Source of the DNA: Macrostomum hystrix
Taxonomy: Eukaryota; Animalia; Platyhelminthes
DNA length: 64,000 nucleotides
Assembly (NCBI GenBank): GCA_950097015.1
Contig: CATNEN010000041.1
Location: forward strand, 1,550,001 to 1,614,000
Reading direction: 5' to 3'
Shown here: positions 59,201 to 64,000 of the stretch, piece by piece
How positions within the stretch are numbered: position 1 is the first letter of the stretch
How the letters are laid out: the number at the start of each line of letters is the position of its first letter
Translations under genes and position numbers: made by a program
The notes under the pieces: model-generated
The model's database searches: none
Told to the model about the DNA's origin: nothing
Seen by the model: only the letters and a program-made list of their open reading frames with translations

Positions 59201-62029
59201 GCCCTAGCAAGCTGACACTTCATAGCCGCTATGCTCAGCCTGTACCTGTTTGAGTTCTTTCACTAACCAACCTGCTCACTGCAGACACCTGTTGCAGCCT
59301 TGCCCGAGACTGTGAGTTCAGAGCGGGTTGCTTTGGTAGCTTTAATTGCAATTCATGCTGCTTCACTGAGAAGTTGAAGTTGTCGGGACTGGAACACCAT
59401 CGACAACCTCGAGAGCCTCCCGCCCGCCCCATCGCCCTTCGCGACTCTCCATCGTCAAACTTTGCAGCCGCCGCCTCGACTAGCCAGGAGATCCCTCTGT
59501 GCCGCGGCGAGGACTGTCCGTGCCTCTGTCACAGTCCGCTTCAGCTGCTGGTGCCGTCTATCACGCTCAACGACCTGAAGCCGCGCCCGAAGGTGCGCAA
59601 GGGCAAGTCGCGCAGCAAGTCGCTGGCCCAGGCACCGCAGTCGCCGCCGCCCCCACCGCAGCAGCCACAGTCGCCGACGCCGCCGCTACCACAGCAGCTC
59701 CAGCTAGGAGCTTCGGGGACATCAACTGATGCCACAGCCTGGGGCAGCCGCGGCAGGCTGTCTTCCCTGCGCGAGAGCGGCTCTCGCGGCCGACAGAAGC
59801 TGGAGTAGAAGTTCCACTGCCCACCTGAACTCCTTCAGCAACTGAGACTTGCAATTCGCTCTTGATCTCTGTAGAACTCTCACTAGTCTTTGTCATTCAT
59901 TCTCTGTCGCAAAAGCCGCCGCTGTTTATTTTGTTTAGCATATTTTTTACTGCTATCGTGGGACCCTGGTGCGACTCTGCACTCCAGCAAAGTCCCGGGG
60001 AGCATGTTAAAAGTACATTAGCGGACTTTTTTATTTCGGCACAACGCTTTTGCCTTCGGAGACATCTCAGTGACCATATGTACCTGTTTCTGCCATCCTG
60101 GCAATACAACAGACAAAAATGAGTCGCTAGGCGAATTTTCGCAGTAGGAATGCACTTTTAGTCTGATTAAATGTTTGTGCCGGCATCAGGATAATGAGGC
60201 TGCAGATGCCACGCCAAGCAGGGCTCTTGGATCCGACTCAGTCCGAGGTGAATCAGTGCATTAATGAGCTTCCCAGCAGACAGCCCTCACTGAGAACTTG
60301 CCGGAAAATCATCATTTCTTAAGAAGAAGTTGTCGACCACATTTTAAGATTTTTATTTCTTTCCTTACTTTTCCACTAGAAGCCTTTATTTCTCCTTTGT
60401 TTTGATACAATTCTAATGCACAGCAGTCAAAGAAGCTCAGAAACAGATTTGGAAACATGAAATCTTCTCTCCGCCTCCAAGACCTCAGCCCCGGCGGCCA
60501 GCTGCTGTGGCCGCTGCCGCAGCAGTCGCAGCCTCCGCTGTCGCCGCTCGGAGGCCGGCTTGCCGCTGTAGCCACGGCGGCGGTCGCGGCTGCGGCGGCG
60601 GCAGCTGCTGATGTCGGCAATCGGAATCGTCGCGTGCATCACCGCAGCGAGTCCGTGGCCTGCCTGCAGGCAGCTGACAGTTCGCCGGGGCGAGTTCGAA
60701 GCTCGTCCTCCGGTGGAGCCAGCGGCGGCCCCAGTGGCAGCCCTGGAGGCTCCCGCAGGCGGTGCCTTCCGAACCTTCCAGCTGGCGTCAACGAGATGAC
60801 GGAAGGTGACACAGCAGTCGTCAGCAAGCAGACGCAGTCGCACTGCCTGTCTCACGCACTGTTGATTTCACTGATGCACGCCATTCACGCCATGCGCTCA
60901 ACACCTGCGAAATTCTTAGAAATCCCCCCAGTTTGCAAGGGCTCGCCTCACAGCTGTGCTGTCACTGCGCACTCAATGTGAATTACGTTGTGCAGCTCAG
61001 ATTCTGGCTTCTGACTTTTTGCATGGCTGCTGAACTTTTGTCAGTACATAATTGTGTTCCCGGCTAGCTGGGTAGGCAAACAAACTTCACGCATGCGGAC
61101 TAGCCGCATTAGCGTCCTGTGGGATCGCTTTGTGTCCCCCCCCCCGAGTGTAGCGAGCGCTGCAGTATCAAATATCAGATGCGGTGAAGCTTGCACCGAA
61201 TCCTAGGGAAGGCGACCCCGGGCTCCTGACTGCCTCATTTTACAGCGGGGCCAGGCGGAGGGGGGTGAAGGGGATAATGATCCTCTTTGCGCACTTTTTC
61301 AAGCCATGCGCAGCGCCAGGGGGCTGGTTCGGATGCAGTGCGCGCCTCTCTTTCGGTTTTTTCTCTCTCGTGAGACTCTGAATCTGAGCTGTCTGTGGCA
61401 GGAGCTGGGTAACTCAGCTAACCGAGTTGGTCAACCGTTCACCGGGCAGAAAATTATTCTGGCAACGAATCACAGGTCTAGACGACCCGAGAACTAACCC
61501 GCATGCCCGTCTGTTGCTTCAATAGACGTCACTGCCTACTCGACACAGTAGTCTCACCGAGCTCAAGTAGAATGAGCACTCTCCTAGCCTGGAGGCTTTT
61601 GCCGCACTTTAGCAACGAAATTTTCACAGGGTCCGCGATTCGGCTGAAGTTGTTTCAGCTGATGAACAAGATATTAATAAGGATTCTATTAATAATAACG
61701 ATAATGATAATGATAACTTGGCGGTAGTCCTGAATCTGCCGAGTTTTTCATCGTCAGGTGTGTGCACAAATTTTACCGGCCCTTGAAAGTGCTTTGAAAA
61801 GAGATCGCAAGTCCTAAATTCCTGGAGTCTAGCAGTTACCGGTCTCCCCGGTGTGCACTCACCAGCTGACCGCCCATCCACAGGCGGCCGTCGCGAGTCC
61901 ACGGTGTCTGCGCTGCCCTCCAGCCCCGGCGCCAGCGCCGGCAGCTGGGCGCGGCGCAAGGCGATGATGAACGCCTTCCGCATGAAGTCCATCAGCATGG
62001 ACGAGGCCGACAGGCAGCATCCGACGGAT

Positions 62030-62060
<31 letters not shown>

Positions 62061-63988
62061 CGCCGCAGCACCGCATGGAGAAGCCGCGCGACCTTCCGCT
62101 GGCCAGCCGGGCCCAGCCGCAGCCGCCGCAGCAGCCGTCGGGCAGTCGGGCGGCTCAGTCCGGGCGCCGAATGCTGGACTCGCGGATGAAGAGCATCTCG
62201 GTGGACAATCCGGACCAGGTGTCCGACCAGGTGCAGATGCTGCGGCTGGATGATGAGGCCAGGAAGAAAAGCTCGTCCTTTACAAACACAAACTTCATCG
62301 AGAGCCAGGGTGAGGCCAGTCTTAGCTCACAAAAAAGAAGCTTCCACTGCAGCAGCATTGGCTTTGCAAGTCTGATTTGTACTTTTGCGCTTCTTCCCAG
62401 TCCCGCCCAGTCCGAAGCGCAAGAAGCAGCTGTTCGGCCGCAACAAGAGCTTCTCTGTCGAGCAGGAGAACTCCGGCATCAGGCGCGTCGAGTTCAGCGA
62501 GGAGAGCGTTGGCAGGCGCGGCCTGTCGCCGAGGCACTCGCCCCGCCACTCGCCTAGAGGTTCGCCGGGACGCGGCTCACCCGGCCGAGGCTCGCCGAAT
62601 TCGCCGAAATCGACTGCAACAGCTTCGCCGCCGCACACCTCGCCGCGAAGATCTCCGGGCTACGCGTCGGCGGCTTCGTCGTCCGGCGTGGGGCTGCCAG
62701 CGCCGGAGAAGAGCCCGCAGCGCAGCAGTCCTGGTCGGGATAAAGGTTTGTTTGGTTTTTACTTTCAACGATCTCAGCTCCGAGGATTGCTATAGTCGAG
62801 CCAAACCCGCCCTCGTGTCCCGCCCAGACATGTCGAAGCAGATCGGCAAGCGGCGGCTGCAGTGGAAGATGAAGAGCTTCTCCTTGGACACCCCGGACCC
62901 GAAGCATAACCTGGAAGTTGACGAATTCGAAGTCGCCGCTGCTGCTGCCACTGCGGCTGCCGCTGCACCGCCTTCTGGGTCCGGGATGGCCGCTGCGCAC
63001 CGCGGAGCCGTGGGCGGCGGAGGCTACGCTCCAGGCTCCGGCGCAGTCTACGGCGACAGAGGCTACAGAGCTGGAGATCGAGGCGAGGGATCGAAGGATC
63101 GCGGCTCGGCTGCCAGGATGAATTTCCAGCACGGACACGGTCGAGGTAATTTGCTAACGTTCGATTTTGTACATCCCAAACCCCAGACCGCAAACCGATT
63201 TCTGGGCATCTGAATAGCAATTCTAAAAGGTTCTGACTACAACGAAACATCACCCAGCAAGCGCCATTCCTTTTCGATCCATCTATTTCATTGCCTCATT
63301 AATCTGCCGCCACCCTCTAGTCTTTTTTATGTGCCGCCACCCTCCACCCTCTAGTCTCTTTGATGAGCCGCCACCCACTAGTCTCTTTGATGAGCCGCCA
63401 CCACTAGTCTCTTTGATGAGCCGCCACCACTAGTCTCTTTGATGAGCCGCCAACCACTAGTCTCTTTGATGTGCCGCCACCCTCTAGTCTCTTTAATGTG
63501 CCGTCACCCTCCACCCTCTAGTCTCTTTGCTGAGCCGCCACCCACTAGTCTCTTTGATGAGCCGCCACCCACTAGTCCCTTTGATAAGCCGCCACCCACT
63601 AGTCCCTTTGATAAGCCGCCACCCACTAGTCCATTTGATAAGCCGCCACCCACTAGTCCCTTTGATAAGCCGCCACCCACTAGTCCCTTTGATAAGCCGC
63701 CACCCACTAGTCTCTTTGATAAGCCGCCACCCTCTAGTCTCTTTGATAAGCCGCCACCCACTAGTCTCTTTGTTGGGCCACCACCCTCCAAGGTCTCTTT
63801 GATGTGCTACGCTAGGAAAGGTGTGCCCACAGTAAAGTAGCAATGCTTAATTCCACCGTTAATTTTCAACAGAGGAGGACGACCTGAGCCGGTACGGAGC
63901 CTCGGGCTACACTGACCAAAAGTTTGAACAGCCGACCCAGGTGCATTCTTATCTGGGCCAGATGCAGCCGCAGAGAAGTCGTAAAATG
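45682..63988 (+). CDS. F-BAR/FX-domain, STAC-like adaptor protein; 3' end beyond the window
   Basis: Phase-consistent exons 45682..45859, 45949..46060, 46156..46228, 46790..47113, 47341..47421, 50136..50342, 50651..50802, 52933..53044, 56286..56411, 57096..57141, 57368..57514, 60482..60805, 61866..62309, 62401..62745, 62828..63145, 63873..63988. FER/FES-like F-BAR motifs (DAWFSLLKEM, AHNQYVLSL..FYGLHLPGML) and STAC-type VDPVY. Confidence 0.8.
46258..46752. repeat. 13-bp intronic minisatellite
   Basis: Unit gagctacctgtat. Confidence 0.95.
47128..47185 (+). mobile_element. tRNA-SINE fragment (same family as 55867..55945)
   Basis: ggtccctgagttcgattccgcggcaaggccatatatattt is nearly identical to 55903..55942; B box present. 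Confidence 0.6.
47440..47730. repeat. Degenerate TGTCTAACA repeat
   Basis: Recurring tgtctaaca motif with variable spacers. Confidence 0.8.
48780..49365. repeat. 17-bp intronic minisatellite
   Basis: Unit ttgaatctgtcactttc. Confidence 0.95.
50370..50600. repeat. 21-bp intronic minisatellite
   Basis: Unit agtacaagatacatcaggatg. Confidence 0.88.
51265..51510 (+). mobile_element. CORE-type SINE remnant
   Basis: B-box-like ggggttcgtttc, then tgtgtccgggagcaagatgc...ccactgcttcagcttacccagctgtaaaacgggtacc resembling the CORE domain. Confidence 0.6.
52308..52515. repeat. 16-bp intronic minisatellite
   Basis: Unit gttggtgaatgagcta. Confidence 0.95.
53320..53520 (+). pseudogene. Possible DUF4806/BEN-like remnant in an intron
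   Basis: LASALLRSDLHILNSWG, then a frameshift, then RVGSQFKSNKYRLIVSAV...ANDCEVAQRMGEMRHGKNR, loosely matching the nW.G..K..F...I..av...ev...wlr.a.dR pattern. Confidence 0.3.
55074..55562 (+). CDS. Candidate alternative first exon of the STAC-like gene (F-BAR-less isoform)
   Basis: ATG at 55074 (MSKARVAADDDEEEEE...); phase 0 donor AAA|GTGCGC at 55563 matches exon 56286; GC-rich upstream region. Confidence 0.55.
55867..55945 (+). mobile_element. tRNA-derived SINE head
   Basis: A box tggcagagcg (55876) and B box agttcgattcc (55911). Confidence 0.65.
56189..56251. repeat. (ATT)n microsatellite
   Basis: Direct inspection. Confidence 0.97.
57527..58035. repeat. GATA/GGTAGATA-type microsatellite, degenerating to the right
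   Basis: Direct inspection. Confidence 0.9.
59468..59808 (+). CDS. Candidate alternative terminal exon of the STAC-like gene
   Basis: Phase 1 acceptor tttgcag| at 59467 is in frame with exon 57368..57514; coding-like to TAG at 59808; no obvious donor. Confidence 0.5.
63330..63790. repeat. About 27-bp intronic minisatellite
   Basis: Unit ccgccacccactagtccctttgataag. Confidence 0.92.
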
Positions 63989-64000
63989 GTGAGTAGCTCG

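Overview
Eukaryotic (animal) genomic DNA with GT-AG introns, GC3-rich exons and a private minisatellite in many introns. This style fits a flatworm such as Macrostomum (inference only). Host genes: a WSC+PAN-like protein, an intronless class A GPCR, RAD9, RIC8, an orphan Cys-rich type I membrane protein, RPA3, a secreted PAN+LamG-like protein, and a long F-BAR/STAC-like gene that runs off the right end. Mobile DNA: a decayed intron-containing Crypton (tyrosine recombinase), a broken APE-type LINE with a nested tRNA-SINE, and further SINE remnants. The most unusual object is a 1391-bp non-autonomous DNA transposon (14-bp TIRs, 8-bp TSD) inserted in a 43-bp satellite. It carries a 64-bp 28S rRNA fragment mutated mainly at the R2/I-PpoI/Pokey target site, a captured exon, and an array of 5' splice donors, and it could be spliced into an 80-aa membrane peptide. 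Other leads: a roughly 3-kb CpG-stripped AT-rich island, inverted minisatellite arrays linking RAD9 and RIC8, a candidate trans-spliced operon, and a possible 17-nt intron. Exon structures were derived by hand, and most long ORFs in the supplied track are artefacts of repeats.
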